IMG/VR virus record: IMGVR_UViG_3300021197_001481
Coordinates: 1 to 64,000 of that record
Direction: 5' to 3' (one strand)
Source of the DNA: a virus
Length of the DNA stretch: 64,000 nucleotides
Below are positions 16,235-26,206 of the stretch, one piece after another. Positions within the stretch are counted from its first letter, which is position 1. The number at the start of each line of letters is the position of its first letter. A model generated the notes under the pieces. That model was not told the DNA's origin and searched no databases. It was given only the letters and a program-made list of their open reading frames with translations. The translations under genes and the position numbers were made by a program.

Positions 16235-17323
16235 ATGGCAGAAGAAAACTCATCTTTTTCAGTTGGAGAAAATTTAGATCTTGCGAGCGACTCAGTTAAT
16301 GGTCTTTTTGCAAGTAGTAGGAGAAGTGGTTCTCTGAATTCCATAACTAATGGAAAACCACTTTACTATCCTTCCGATTTACTTGCAGCAGACAACCCCA
16401 ACGCAGAGAACACAAATGGAATTGTTAGTTGGTTAGAATTTAGAATTTTCTTTAAACAGAATGGTAGTCTTAGTAGTGTTGTAAAGAAAACAAAATCAGG
16501 ACTTGGTAATATCATTGCTGATGTTTCAAGTGGATTTGATCAGACAGAAGAGACAGAAGGTGAAACTGCACAAACAATCCTAGAGAAGTTGCAGTTTAGT
16601 GATGATGAGATCCAAAAATCAATTGCAACAGAAAGTGTCACTAGCGACACTCGACTCGGCAAGGGTACAGAGGAAACAAATGATTCTGTGTTTTTATATG
16701 TTCCCGGTGGCATAGAGTACAACGATTCCATGCAATATGAGGAAGTTGGTTTTGCTGGAATTAGAAACCTCTCAAGTGTTTCTGCTAGTGCAAGCACCGT
16801 TGCTCTTGGCGTACTTAAGAAATTAGCAGGAACAGTCGATAAAGCAGCGGGGGCGTTGGGACAAGAATCTTTAAACTCAGAGCAAGCAATTACCGCAGAA
16901 CTAGGTGTTGTCATGAACCCAAGAAAAGAACAAATCTTTCAGGGCATTGATATGCGATCTTTTGTTTATAACTTCACGTTTATTCCCAGAAATCAAGAGG
17001 AAGCAAAAACAGTTGCCGACATCATTAAAGTTTTTCGATTCCACGCATACCCAGAACTCTCTGCAAACAGTGCCTTCTTCAACTTCCCATCTGAGTTTGA
17101 AATTAAACACAGAGTGTTTGATTCTACTGCGGGGGGTGCAGTAAAAGATAATCCAGTAGTGCCTAAACTCAATCGTTGTTTTCTTGAAAAAATTACAACC
17201 AACTACACACCCGACGAAGTTTACTATGCATTCAAAAACGGAATGCCCCCCAAGATCACCCTATCGCTCTCCTTCAAGGAAGCAGAATACATTACAAGAC
17301 AGCATGTCAACGAAGGATTCTGA
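16235..17323 (+). CDS. gp48: Baseplate tail tube cap gp48
   Basis: NPRKEQIFQG...RSF.YNFTFIPRN.EEA..V.DIIKVFR, FP.EF, CFLEKITTNYTP, LSLSFKE. Confidence 0.85.
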   Translation: MAEENSSFSVGENLDLASDSVNGLFASSRRSGSLNSITNGKPLYYPSDLLAADNPNAENTNGIVSWLEFRIFFKQNGSLSSVVKKTKSGLGNIIADVSSGFDQTEETEGETAQTILEKLQFSDDEIQKSIATESVTSDTRLGKGTEETNDSVFLYVPGGIEYNDSMQYEEVGFAGIRNLSSVSASASTVALGVLKKLAGTVDKAAGALGQESLNSEQAITAELGVVMNPRKEQIFQGIDMRSFVYNFTFIPRNQEEAKTVADIIKVFRFHAYPELSANSAFFNFPSEFEIKHRVFDSTAGGAVKDNPVVPKLNRCFLEKITTNYTPDEVYYAFKNGMPPKITLSLSFKEAEYITRQHVNEGF

Positions 17324-18213
17324 TGTACTTTAAAAATTTCCCGTCATTACAATATCCCTCATCCGGACAACTTGAAGAGATTCAAGACATATTGCTCCGT
17401 GTTGGATTTTCATCCAAAGTAAAAGAAACAGCAGAGACATTTGTCTTATACAATATCCAAGAGGGTATAACTCCAGAAAGAATCGCAGAAGAGGTTTATG
17501 GGGATCAACAGTATTTTTGGGTTGTTTTATTATTCAATGATTTGATGGATCCACAATATAGATTTCCTTTACGATCCAAATCCCTTGACGATTTTATTAC
17601 TAAAAAATACCCATCAACAACTTTGTTCATATCCCCAGAAGGGATAACACAAGAATTCTACAAACACCCAAACCCATCAGACACACTCAATAAAAACTTT
17701 GCCGAGGGAGACACTATTACATTGTACCTTGGTAAGAAAAATAGTTATAAGGACACAGGACAGAATAAAGTTTTAGGTGTTATCAAACGATATATTCCCG
17801 AGCAATCTGCATTACAATTATATCAATTAGAGGGAACTATTAGTCCGGGAGACACAATAGTCCGTGGACATAACAAAGAACTCCGGGCAGAGGTCCGTAA
17901 GGTGATCGACAGTCGCTATGCTGTACATCACTTCGAGAACGATAGTATCATCATAAACCCACTAGGGACTCCACCAGATGACAACGGCAACCAAGTCCCG
18001 ATTGGTCAAACCGGAGATGGATTTTCTTCCTCACCTGTAGGCGTTACACAATGTGTTTTAGAGAATTATATTAATGACGGAGACACAACTTACATTGTAA
18101 CAAACGAAGAATATGAATTTACTAAAAATGAAACGAATCGCAAGATCAGACTTCTCAGTCCTGAATTGTTGGAAAATGTAGTACGAGAACTCCGAGAGGT
18201 TCTTGGTAGGTAA
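17323..18213 (+). CDS. gp53: Baseplate wedge subunit gp53
   Basis: MYFKNFP, YNIQEG.TPE.IA..VYGD..YFWVVLLFN, VTNEEYEF..NE..RKIRLL. Confidence 0.88.
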   Translation: MYFKNFPSLQYPSSGQLEEIQDILLRVGFSSKVKETAETFVLYNIQEGITPERIAEEVYGDQQYFWVVLLFNDLMDPQYRFPLRSKSLDDFITKKYPSTTLFISPEGITQEFYKHPNPSDTLNKNFAEGDTITLYLGKKNSYKDTGQNKVLGVIKRYIPEQSALQLYQLEGTISPGDTIVRGHNKELRAEVRKVIDSRYAVHHFENDSIIINPLGTPPDDNGNQVPIGQTGDGFSSSPVGVTQCVLENYINDGDTTYIVTNEEYEFTKNETNRKIRLLSPELLENVVRELREVLGR

Positions 18214-19559
18214 TGTCAGATTTCAATATAACACCATCGGTATCTCCAAGTGACAAATACACAAAGTTAAATGACTTTGAGTTGATATCTCTTTTCATGG
18301 AAAGTGATTCTGGCGGAAAAGTTGATCTAAAAAACATATATCAAAATTTATCTTTTGTTGAAGATATTGATAGGTCAGCGATCTCTGGTTCGATTTTGAT
18401 CAAAGATGGAAATGATCTTTTAAATACCTTCCCCATATCCGGACATGAATCAATAACTTTAGAATTTCGCACACCCGGAATTGACTCAGATTTTATCAAA
18501 CTTAAATTTAGAGTAGTGGAAATTGTTGACAGAGTTAGATCTCCAAACGAAAGAGGGGAGGTCTACCGCCTCCGGTTTGTATCAACATCTGCCATTAAAA
18601 ATAAGTCAACTAAAATATCAAAATCATTCAAGGGAAAAATTAGCGACATAGTAAAAACTATTTACACCGAATATATTGGTGGTGATGTAGATGCTCAAGA
18701 AACGAAGAATGAACAGAAATTTATTATTCCCAGATGGTCTCCATTTAAAGCAATAGAATGGTTAGCACTTCGATCACTTCCTGCAAAAAGAAGCGACGAG
18801 ACTAATTATTTTTTCTTTGAAACTGTAGATGGTCATCGCTTTGTAACACTAAGTCAATTGTGTTCTGAAGAAAGTGCGATTACATATTTTCAAATTCCTG
18901 TCGGACAACGAGATGGTGACTCCGACAATATGTCCAGAAATTTTTCAAACGTAAAAGATGTCCGAATTATAAAGGTAAACCAAAAGTTAAAAGAACACAT
19001 GGAGGGGGCGTTTTCTTCTGTTTTGTATCAACACGATGTCACCACCAAACAATGGGGACGGAAAGTGTACAACTACAACGAAGACACGAATGTGCGACAT
19101 ATCACAGATAATCGTGTAACAAAAAACGATAGTATTTACACAACAACCCCAAACACCAATTTTAATTTAACCACAAAACAAACCGGATTGATGGGTGGTG
19201 ATTATCCCAATGTGCAAAACCACGAAGATTGGTTCCAGCGTTCAATGTCAGAAAAATCACTTCTAGATACTATTAAAATAAGAATACAAGTCGCTGGCAA
19301 TTCTCTTTTGCGAGTGGGACGAGTCGTTGAATTTTTTGTCCCCAAAGCAGCGGCATTAAAAACATCAGACACTGAGTGGTATGATTCTCGATTGAGTGGC
19401 AAATATTTAGTGACAACTTTACGTCATACCATATCACCTGACGGATACACTAATACCATGATATTAGCGAAGAATTCTTATGAGGTATCGATTGCTGACA
19501 ATTCAACTTTCATGGGAACAAGTAACAATACACCGACAAATATAGTGGAGAAAAGATAA
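18213..19559 (+). CDS. Baseplate hub protein (gp27-like)
   Basis: Position between gp53 and gp5; FFFETVDG..F, GNS.LRVG, LSGKYLVTTLRH. Confidence 0.6.
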   Translation: MSDFNITPSVSPSDKYTKLNDFELISLFMESDSGGKVDLKNIYQNLSFVEDIDRSAISGSILIKDGNDLLNTFPISGHESITLEFRTPGIDSDFIKLKFRVVEIVDRVRSPNERGEVYRLRFVSTSAIKNKSTKISKSFKGKISDIVKTIYTEYIGGDVDAQETKNEQKFIIPRWSPFKAIEWLALRSLPAKRSDETNYFFFETVDGHRFVTLSQLCSEESAITYFQIPVGQRDGDSDNMSRNFSNVKDVRIIKVNQKLKEHMEGAFSSVLYQHDVTTKQWGRKVYNYNEDTNVRHITDNRVTKNDSIYTTTPNTNFNLTTKQTGLMGGDYPNVQNHEDWFQRSMSEKSLLDTIKIRIQVAGNSLLRVGRVVEFFVPKAAALKTSDTEWYDSRLSGKYLVTTLRHTISPDGYTNTMILAKNSYEVSIADNSTFMGTSNNTPTNIVEKR

Positions 19560-20464
19560 TGGAATTTTTTGCAGGTAAAAATGGATTTATATGGTTTCAG
19601 GGTGTCGTTGAAAATAGAAATGATCCTGAGATGCTTGGTAGAGTTCAGGTTCGTTGTTTAGGTTTTCATACCGAGAACAAACAAGAACTCCCAAGCGAAG
19701 ATCTTCCGTGGGCATATCCTATTCAACCAATTACATCTGCTGCGATGAGTGGAATCGGGGAGACACCAGTCGGTCCTGTCGAGGGTACATGGGTGTTTGG
19801 TTTCTTCCGCGATGGCGACTCTGCACAAGAACCAATGATACTCGGAACTCTTGGTGGTGTCCCTCTACAAAAAGCAAACCCCAACGAGGGGTTCAGCGAT
19901 CCGTCAGGATACTATCCAATTGAAAGTTTACTTAACGAACCGGATACAAACAAAGTTGCTCGCGGAGTTGAAGAGGGGACTGTCGTAGAAAAGAAAAAAG
20001 GGGATATAGACAAGATGACTCTTGCCGGTGGGGTTGGTGGAGGTTCGGAAGTCGAAGAACCAGAAACACCGTTCAACGCACAGTATCCTTTCAACCATGT
20101 AAAACAATCCGAGTCCGGACATATCCAAGAAGTTGACGACACTCCGGGTGCAGAAAGACTGCATAAATATCATAGGTCGGGCACGTTCGAGGAAATACAC
20201 CCAGACGGCAAGCAGGTTATAAAGATTGTCGGCGACAAATATGAGGTAGTTTTAAAAGATGACAATTTGCATGTCAAGGGAAAATTAAACATAACAGTTG
20301 AGGGTGATACATCAATCTACTCAAAGGGTAATTGTACAGCACAAGTCGATGGTGATATGGAACAAATTGTTGGTGGAGATTTGACGTTAAATGCGGGTGG
20401 AGAAGTAAAAATAACCGCAGGATCAAATGTAACGGTTCAAGGGAATTCAATTAGGTTAAATTAA
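19559..20464 (+). CDS. gp5: Baseplate central spike gp5 (no lysozyme domain)
   Basis: WFQGVVENRNDP..LGRVQVRC.GFH, LPWA, GTWVFGFFRDG, YPFNHV..SESGH..EVDDTPGAER, C-terminal VxG beta-helix repeats. Confidence 0.93.
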   Translation: MEFFAGKNGFIWFQGVVENRNDPEMLGRVQVRCLGFHTENKQELPSEDLPWAYPIQPITSAAMSGIGETPVGPVEGTWVFGFFRDGDSAQEPMILGTLGGVPLQKANPNEGFSDPSGYYPIESLLNEPDTNKVARGVEEGTVVEKKKGDIDKMTLAGGVGGGSEVEEPETPFNAQYPFNHVKQSESGHIQEVDDTPGAERLHKYHRSGTFEEIHPDGKQVIKIVGDKYEVVLKDDNLHVKGKLNITVEGDTSIYSKGNCTAQVDGDMEQIVGGDLTLNAGGEVKITAGSNVTVQGNSIRLN

Positions 20465-20465
20465 T

Positions 20466-23400
20466 ATGGCATATGAGTTAGTGCAACAAATTATTAAAGA
20501 TCTAAGAATTCGTAGAATATTTCTGCGTTTGTTTTATGATGGAACTCCGCTCCCCTTCAAAGCAACAAGACCATTCAGTTACTTTGTTGACACTATCGGT
20601 GTAGAAATCTTCGGTGAGATTGATGATGTTACATCTGAAATATCAGAAAAATTAAATACAAATATTGAAGATATTCATGCGTACCTAACAGAAACTGAAC
20701 CACTCCCACCAAAAGTAGAACCAAAAAGTTATGTCGCTGGTGACACCGAATCACAATTGGTTTCTTTTGGCAGAGTACAACCCACACAGGTCAGTGAATT
20801 TGAAAGAGGGATACAAGGAGAGGACGGTAAAGACGGCGCAGGAATCTCGGAAGTTACTATTGTCGATGGTGAACTGGTTGTTGAACTAGACAAACCAACT
20901 TCAACAGACATACGCGAATCTGAGACAGTAAACCTTGGCGTTGTTAAAGGCGACAGTATATCTGCTGTTCGGGACGGGGACAACCTAGTTGTAACCCAGA
21001 CCGGAGGTGATGGTACTGTAACCACAATCAGTGATGATAAAGTAGTCGGTGACGATGGTAAGGGTGTTGAGGTATCAATCGCAACAAACCCAGATGGTGT
21101 TCCTGTTCTAACGGTTATAAACATTGACAAAACAGGAGCAACCACTGAGGGAGCAACCGCTGGACTATCTGGTGCCGATGGCAAAGACGGTTCTGATGGT
21201 CAATCCGCCTTAACTGCTTTTGATACAACTGCGTGGTTAGTTGCCGGAGACCTTGGAGGCGGCACACCACAACTTGGCGGTGGTATTGCTGGTGTTGGTG
21301 GAGTCAGTGTTCCTGATATCATAAGCACGGGCGGTCAGTTTTCAATATTCTTTAACGGACAATCAACCGGTTCTGGTGATTTTATTAAGTTCCCCGGAAC
21401 TGTTGCACAGGGTGATAAAGTAGCAGAAACACAAACTCTACTGATCGAGGGTACACAGTTAGATTTAATCCAAGTACCGGTAGATTCTATCACCGCTCCA
21501 AGTAATGCTGGTTCTTCTTTTGGTGTTGATCAAATTTTTGCCCGAGTTGTTCTAGACACAAATGCCGTGACAGGACCGGGAATAAATGTTAATCACTCAA
21601 ATTCATTTGGGTTTACAGCGACTGTAAGTATAACCAATGTAAGAGAACCGGGTGATACATTTGGTGATCAAAATGTGTCCTCTAGTTACATTAAAATTAA
21701 AAATGTTATTTTGCCGAAGGGTGCAAGCGGTCCGGACGGCGCAGCAGGAACAGCAGGAACCACTGGTAACACAGGAACCGCTGGTACAACTGGTACAACT
21801 GGTACGACTGGCAACACCGGTGAAACAGGTGAGACTGGGGCAGCAAGCAACCTCGGAGTTGCCCGATATCAATTTACTATCAATGGTCCGTTTGCAGGAA
21901 ACTCAGGATTCCCAGAGTTTAACTCTGCAATGACTAATGGTTTCTTACACCTTAGAAATGATCACAGAGGTGCAACTGGATGTTCTCTCGCAATATCAAT
22001 CGAAACTATTGATAATCAGTCAAGCGACAACTTTTCAGGTCTAGGAAAAGTAATAACCGCGACTATAGAAAAATTTGGTGATCCCACAACAAAAGCATCA
22101 ATTGATTTAGTGGGTGGTTTCTTTAACAACCAAACAGATAGTTATATAAATGGAAATGAATGTGATATTGCTCAGAATGTTATTTCTGGTGCATCCTCTT
22201 CGGACGCACTACAAGACGGAGACATAGTTGTTCTTAGTTTTGTCAGGGGTGGACAAACTGGTGCTGGAATAACAGGTGCAAGACTTGAAGGAACTAATCT
22301 GGTATTTGATACTCTCAATGCTGATGGAAGCACCGGGTTATCCTCTGATTTAGGAAACGTCAAAGGGTCTGACGGTGCCGCCGGTACAACTGGCACAACT
22401 GGCAACACCGGAAACTCAGGAACCACTGGTGCTGGTGTTACCGGTGTTACAATTTCTCCAGAAGGTGTTCTTGAAATTGTAATTCAAGATTCAGATGGAA
22501 ATACATCAGGAGTCACTGCTGGAGTATCTGGTCCTAAAGGTGATGATGGTGCCGCTGGTACAACTGGTACAACTGGCAACACCGGTGAAACAGGAACCAC
22601 AGGAAACACAGGAAACTCAGGAACCACAGGCGGTGGTGTTAGTGGTGCTTCGTTAGAATATGGTGTTATACAAACCCAACCCGATTCGGGTAAAAACATA
22701 GTAAATCAGCAACACAGTTTTGCATTTAACTTCACGATTCAGGATGGGGATGGTAACACCTTTATTGTTGAATGTCCCGAGACTACAGGAGGATTTACAT
22801 ATAACTCCGGAGTTGTCATTGGTGATGGTGGTATCGATCCACAACCCGGACTATTATACACAGAATCATCCAGCGAATACGAATTCTCTGGTGGTGATGT
22901 AACTTATTCAATTCCATCATATGCAATTGGATCAACCGCAACAACAACATTAGAACAACTCGACGGCGGGACTTCGGATCTTTATTTTATACTAACTACA
23001 GGAAACTCATCAGATCGGGCACAAATTGCTGAAGGTATTAGTATGGATACTGCGACCGGAAGAGTGGGGATCAAATTTGGTCTTGAACTAGGTCACGGAA
23101 TTAGTTTCAGTGATGGTAGTTTCCTCGGTAGCAAAAATGAACTTGTTACAAGTGTTAATGGATCGACTGGAGATGTTCTTACCATACCATCACAGGTTGC
23201 CCACTTCACAATCCAAGCGTCATCTTCTATATCCACAGGTGCAAAGACATCAGCACTTCACAGAATACCATATAGTGCAAAAATTACTGAGGTTGGAATT
23301 CGTACAGGAAATACAGGAGGAATCACTGCATCCTTTAGAAAAATACGAAATCAAGATATTTTTGACATGACTGAAGGAATAAGTTACTCGTCATTGATCG

Positions 23401-23558
23401 GAACCGTAAATGCCGCAACAGCAGCATTTGGTGCAACCGCAACAATCAACTCAATTGATGGTCCCAACTATGTTTATATGAACATTGATGCCATCGCCTC
23501 TGGCATAACACTCGTCCAAGGGTTTATGGAATACATTAGATTTGATGGGAGCGACTAA
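20466..23558 (+). CDS. Fibre-like protein with interrupted collagen-like (Gly-X-Thr) repeats
   Basis: GTAGTTGNTGTAGTTGTTGTTGNTGETGETG and two similar blocks; VTSVNGSTGDV fibre motif. Confidence 0.7.
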   Translation: MAYELVQQIIKDLRIRRIFLRLFYDGTPLPFKATRPFSYFVDTIGVEIFGEIDDVTSEISEKLNTNIEDIHAYLTETEPLPPKVEPKSYVAGDTESQLVSFGRVQPTQVSEFERGIQGEDGKDGAGISEVTIVDGELVVELDKPTSTDIRESETVNLGVVKGDSISAVRDGDNLVVTQTGGDGTVTTISDDKVVGDDGKGVEVSIATNPDGVPVLTVINIDKTGATTEGATAGLSGADGKDGSDGQSALTAFDTTAWLVAGDLGGGTPQLGGGIAGVGGVSVPDIISTGGQFSIFFNGQSTGSGDFIKFPGTVAQGDKVAETQTLLIEGTQLDLIQVPVDSITAPSNAGSSFGVDQIFARVVLDTNAVTGPGINVNHSNSFGFTATVSITNVREPGDTFGDQNVSSSYIKIKNVILPKGASGPDGAAGTAGTTGNTGTAGTTGTTGTTGNTGETGETGAASNLGVARYQFTINGPFAGNSGFPEFNSAMTNGFLHLRNDHRGATGCSLAISIETIDNQSSDNFSGLGKVITATIEKFGDPTTKASIDLVGGFFNNQTDSYINGNECDIAQNVISGASSSDALQDGDIVVLSFVRGGQTGAGITGARLEGTNLVFDTLNADGSTGLSSDLGNVKGSDGAAGTTGTTGNTGNSGTTGAGVTGVTISPEGVLEIVIQDSDGNTSGVTAGVSGPKGDDGAAGTTGTTGNTGETGTTGNTGNSGTTGGGVSGASLEYGVIQTQPDSGKNIVNQQHSFAFNFTIQDGDGNTFIVECPETTGGFTYNSGVVIGDGGIDPQPGLLYTESSSEYEFSGGDVTYSIPSYAIGSTATTTLEQLDGGTSDLYFILTTGNSSDRAQIAEGISMDTATGRVGIKFGLELGHGISFSDGSFLGSKNELVTSVNGSTGDVLTIPSQVAHFTIQASSSISTGAKTSALHRIPYSAKITEVGIRTGNTGGITASFRKIRNQDIFDMTEGISYSSLIGTVNAATAAFGATATINSIDGPNYVYMNIDAIASGITLVQGFMEYIRFDGSD
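21776..22630 (+). repeat. Three related collagen-coding repeat blocks
   Basis: gc(t/c)ggtacaactgg(t/c)acaactgg...ggcaacaccgg at ~21780, ~22378, ~22552. Confidence 0.7.
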
Positions 23559-24700
23559 TGGCATTAACTGATTTTTTCTTATCACCAGATGGAGATGGAT
23601 CGAAAGACGGTTCGGATATCGATAACGCATTCCAAGCGATTACCAGTGGAGATTGGACATCTAGTCTTGATTCACAGACATTGCAAGATCGAAGGTGGAT
23701 ATGGTTAGAGGGAACGTACAACTGCACAACTCAACTTGTTACTTCGGGAACTGTTCCTACTGCTGCCGCACCAATGCAATGGGTGGGTGCTGATTCGTCT
23801 GGTAATATTCTTCGTCCAAAGTTTGATGAAACTGGTATGAGTCTAGATCTTACCAACTACCCAAAATTTGTTTGTAGTGCAGACGTAGAAATGATTTTCA
23901 CCCATGAACATACTGCGTATAAGTGTTTATCTTTTGAAAACACAAGTGCATCTTTTAGTAAAAGTGGTATCATAGAAAATACCGCTGGTGATCTTGATGT
24001 TCAAAACTGGACTGGTTGTTTTTTCAAGACAGCATCAAACAGCACTGGTGTTGAGGTCTTAACAATGAGTAACTCAAACTTAAACATGTGTGAACTTGTA
24101 ATGACAGGTGGAGGTTTTTCCTCTGTGGTGCGTATGCTTAGTGGTGGTGTTATGAACAACTGCCGTATAAAAGGTCCGGGTATTCTTTCTGGCGGTGGAA
24201 ACTCTTGTGGAGTTCGGATAAACAGTGGTAGCGTCACAATCCTTGATACATTGATTTACAATATTCCGGGGGATGCTATTTTCCACGAAAGTACAAACGA
24301 TAGACAGTCAATTTCAGTATCAGGTTGCTCTATTATAGATGTTGCTGGTGCCGGTATTGACACCAGCAGTTTAGACGGCACAAACATTGCATCAAGAGGA
24401 TCGGTAATGGAGTGTTGTGTTATGTTTAATTGTGGAACAGGAATTGAAGCAGCAGCAGAAGATGGTAGGCAACCCGGCGCACAATTCCTTGCAATGGGAG
24501 AAAACACTGCTAACTTTAGCAACATGGATTCATACGAAGACATGATTGATGTGATTGCAATCACAACTGCCGATTTTGTTGATTATGCGAACGATGATTT
24601 TAGAATCAGAAGAGACTCCGCGATCTATAAAATTCTAGGAGACAAAAACATGGGTGCGTTACAAAATGAAGATTATGAATTTGCGAGTGTGTCCTCATGA
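23558..24700 (+). CDS. Right-handed parallel beta-helix (pectin lyase-like) protein
   Basis: FFLSPDGDGSKDGS...NAF start; periodic xxCxI/N strands; ADFVDYANDDFRI...S.I...MGA C-terminal cap. Confidence 0.65.
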   Translation: MALTDFFLSPDGDGSKDGSDIDNAFQAITSGDWTSSLDSQTLQDRRWIWLEGTYNCTTQLVTSGTVPTAAAPMQWVGADSSGNILRPKFDETGMSLDLTNYPKFVCSADVEMIFTHEHTAYKCLSFENTSASFSKSGIIENTAGDLDVQNWTGCFFKTASNSTGVEVLTMSNSNLNMCELVMTGGGFSSVVRMLSGGVMNNCRIKGPGILSGGGNSCGVRINSGSVTILDTLIYNIPGDAIFHESTNDRQSISVSGCSIIDVAGAGIDTSSLDGTNIASRGSVMECCVMFNCGTGIEAAAEDGRQPGAQFLAMGENTANFSNMDSYEDMIDVIAITTADFVDYANDDFRIRRDSAIYKILGDKNMGALQNEDYEFASVSS

Positions 24701-24963
24701 AACCAGCAGCAAGAATGGGCGATCAGTGTGCTGGTCAAATAGTCACCGGAGCAAATTCTGTTTTTATAGAGGGAATGCCCGCCGCCCACCTCGGTAGTGT
24801 GGTTTCGCCTCATCCATACGGAGACCACATTCATAGCGTGACTATTGTTAGCGGTTCAAATAGCGTTTTTGTTGAGGGAAAACCACTCGCCAGACTTGGT
24901 GATCAGGCAGGGTGTGGAGTACATAGGATAACATCAGCAGCAAGTTCTGTTACAGGAGATTAA
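24697..24963 (+). CDS. PAAR spike-tip protein (gp5.4-like)
   Basis: PAARMGD, PAAHLGS, PLARLGD repeats. Confidence 0.92.
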   Translation: MKPAARMGDQCAGQIVTGANSVFIEGMPAAHLGSVVSPHPYGDHIHSVTIVSGSNSVFVEGKPLARLGDQAGCGVHRITSAASSVTGD

Positions 24964-24965
24964 AT

Positions 24966-25808
24966 ATGCCAGTTTTTACAAGACCATTATTAGACGTTAC
25001 AGGATGCGACATTCCGTCGTTAGATCTATCCTCCGCAGAAAAAGCAATTATGGAATTAGTTGGTTCTGACGCTGGTGGATTTCAAAATCCAATTGAAGAT
25101 GCCATGAGCAGCGTTCAGGGTTCTATTGGGAATGCTATAGCAGGAATTAATACCAGTCTGGGTGTTACGTTTAATGACGCTGATGGTAATCCAGTGGTTG
25201 ATCCAGAAACCCTAGAACCTCTTACCACTTTTGGATTTTTATCACAAGAATTAGGAAAACTCGATTCAGGTATAGATGACTTTAGAATTCACAGCGACCG
25301 ACTCAGTGGTGTAAGTATCGCAGATGCCTTTGGTTCTGACAAATACGGTCCCGGTGGTATTCAGGGCGAGTATCCCGGTCTAGGTGGTCTTCACTCTGTT
25401 GCGTCACAATTCAACACACTAAAAGAAACATTGAGGGATCCTGCTCAGGCAGCAGAGGATCATTACTCTCCAATTTTTAACAGTCTTTTCGGACCGGGAG
25501 ACGACATGATGAGATCAATTCAGTCTTTGGTTGATGGAGATGTTGGAAACTTTATGACAAACTTCCCAACCGGTGGGAACGATTCCCTTGCAGAACTTTC
25601 ATTACTAGGAGCGAACATCCAAGACCTCCAAGCAAGTATTCCCGCACTTATCAACGATGATAATCTACAATTCGAGTTCGCATTGGACTTCATTGCAAAA
25701 CAAACAACCGGACTTAGCGTTCTATCCATGTTGGATGAACCATGTTTCGGAACTCGCCTATTAGGAAAAATAGGTAGTCCAGATTTTAAGAGTATTGCTG
25801 GTTTATAA
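24966..25808 (+). CDS. Hypothetical protein (baseplate region)
   Basis: 280-aa ORF with SD AGGAG, between PAAR and gp25. Confidence 0.7.
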   Translation: MPVFTRPLLDVTGCDIPSLDLSSAEKAIMELVGSDAGGFQNPIEDAMSSVQGSIGNAIAGINTSLGVTFNDADGNPVVDPETLEPLTTFGFLSQELGKLDSGIDDFRIHSDRLSGVSIADAFGSDKYGPGGIQGEYPGLGGLHSVASQFNTLKETLRDPAQAAEDHYSPIFNSLFGPGDDMMRSIQSLVDGDVGNFMTNFPTGGNDSLAELSLLGANIQDLQASIPALINDDNLQFEFALDFIAKQTTGLSVLSMLDEPCFGTRLLGKIGSPDFKSIAGL

Positions 25809-25825
25809 AGCATAGATACTAAGAC

Positions 25826-26206
25826 ATGGCAAAATATACCGACATAGATTTAAACTTTTCGAGAAACCCGGTCACGAACGATGTGTCTATTCTTCAGGAT
25901 GCTGCGTCCATCAAGGCGGCAGTGAAAAATCTAATCCTAACGGATGCAGGCGAAAGACCCTTTAATCCAACACTAGGTTCTTCGATTCGGGGACTTTTAT
26001 TTGAACCAGCATCACCGATTATTGCAAGTGAGATTGAAGCAAGAATTAGAACTGTTCTAAGAAACTTTGAACCCAGAGTAAAGATACTTCGAGTTGATGT
26101 TGTGGCAATATTTGATAGAAATGAATTTGAAGTGACTATTGGATTTAGAATGACTGGCGATACGAGAACTACAGTAGTTCCAATAACACTTAAGAGGTTA
26201 AGGTAA
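25826..26206 (+). CDS. gp25: Baseplate wedge subunit gp25
   Basis: YTDIDLNF..NPVT.D, VKNLILT..GERPFNP..GS, FEPRV, LKRLR. Confidence 0.93.
   Translation: MAKYTDIDLNFSRNPVTNDVSILQDAASIKAAVKNLILTDAGERPFNPTLGSSIRGLLFEPASPIIASEIEARIRTVLRNFEPRVKILRVDVVAIFDRNEFEVTIGFRMTGDTRTTVVPITLKRLR

Noticed and set aside
16212-16253. ORF-track N-terminal extension of gp4
   Set aside because: It overlaps the gp48 start; homolog-like MAYKGKY begins at 16211
21730-22630. Tandem DNA repeats as CRISPR or DGR elements
   Set aside because: They are in-frame Gly-X-Thr collagen codons; no spacers and no reverse transcriptase in the window
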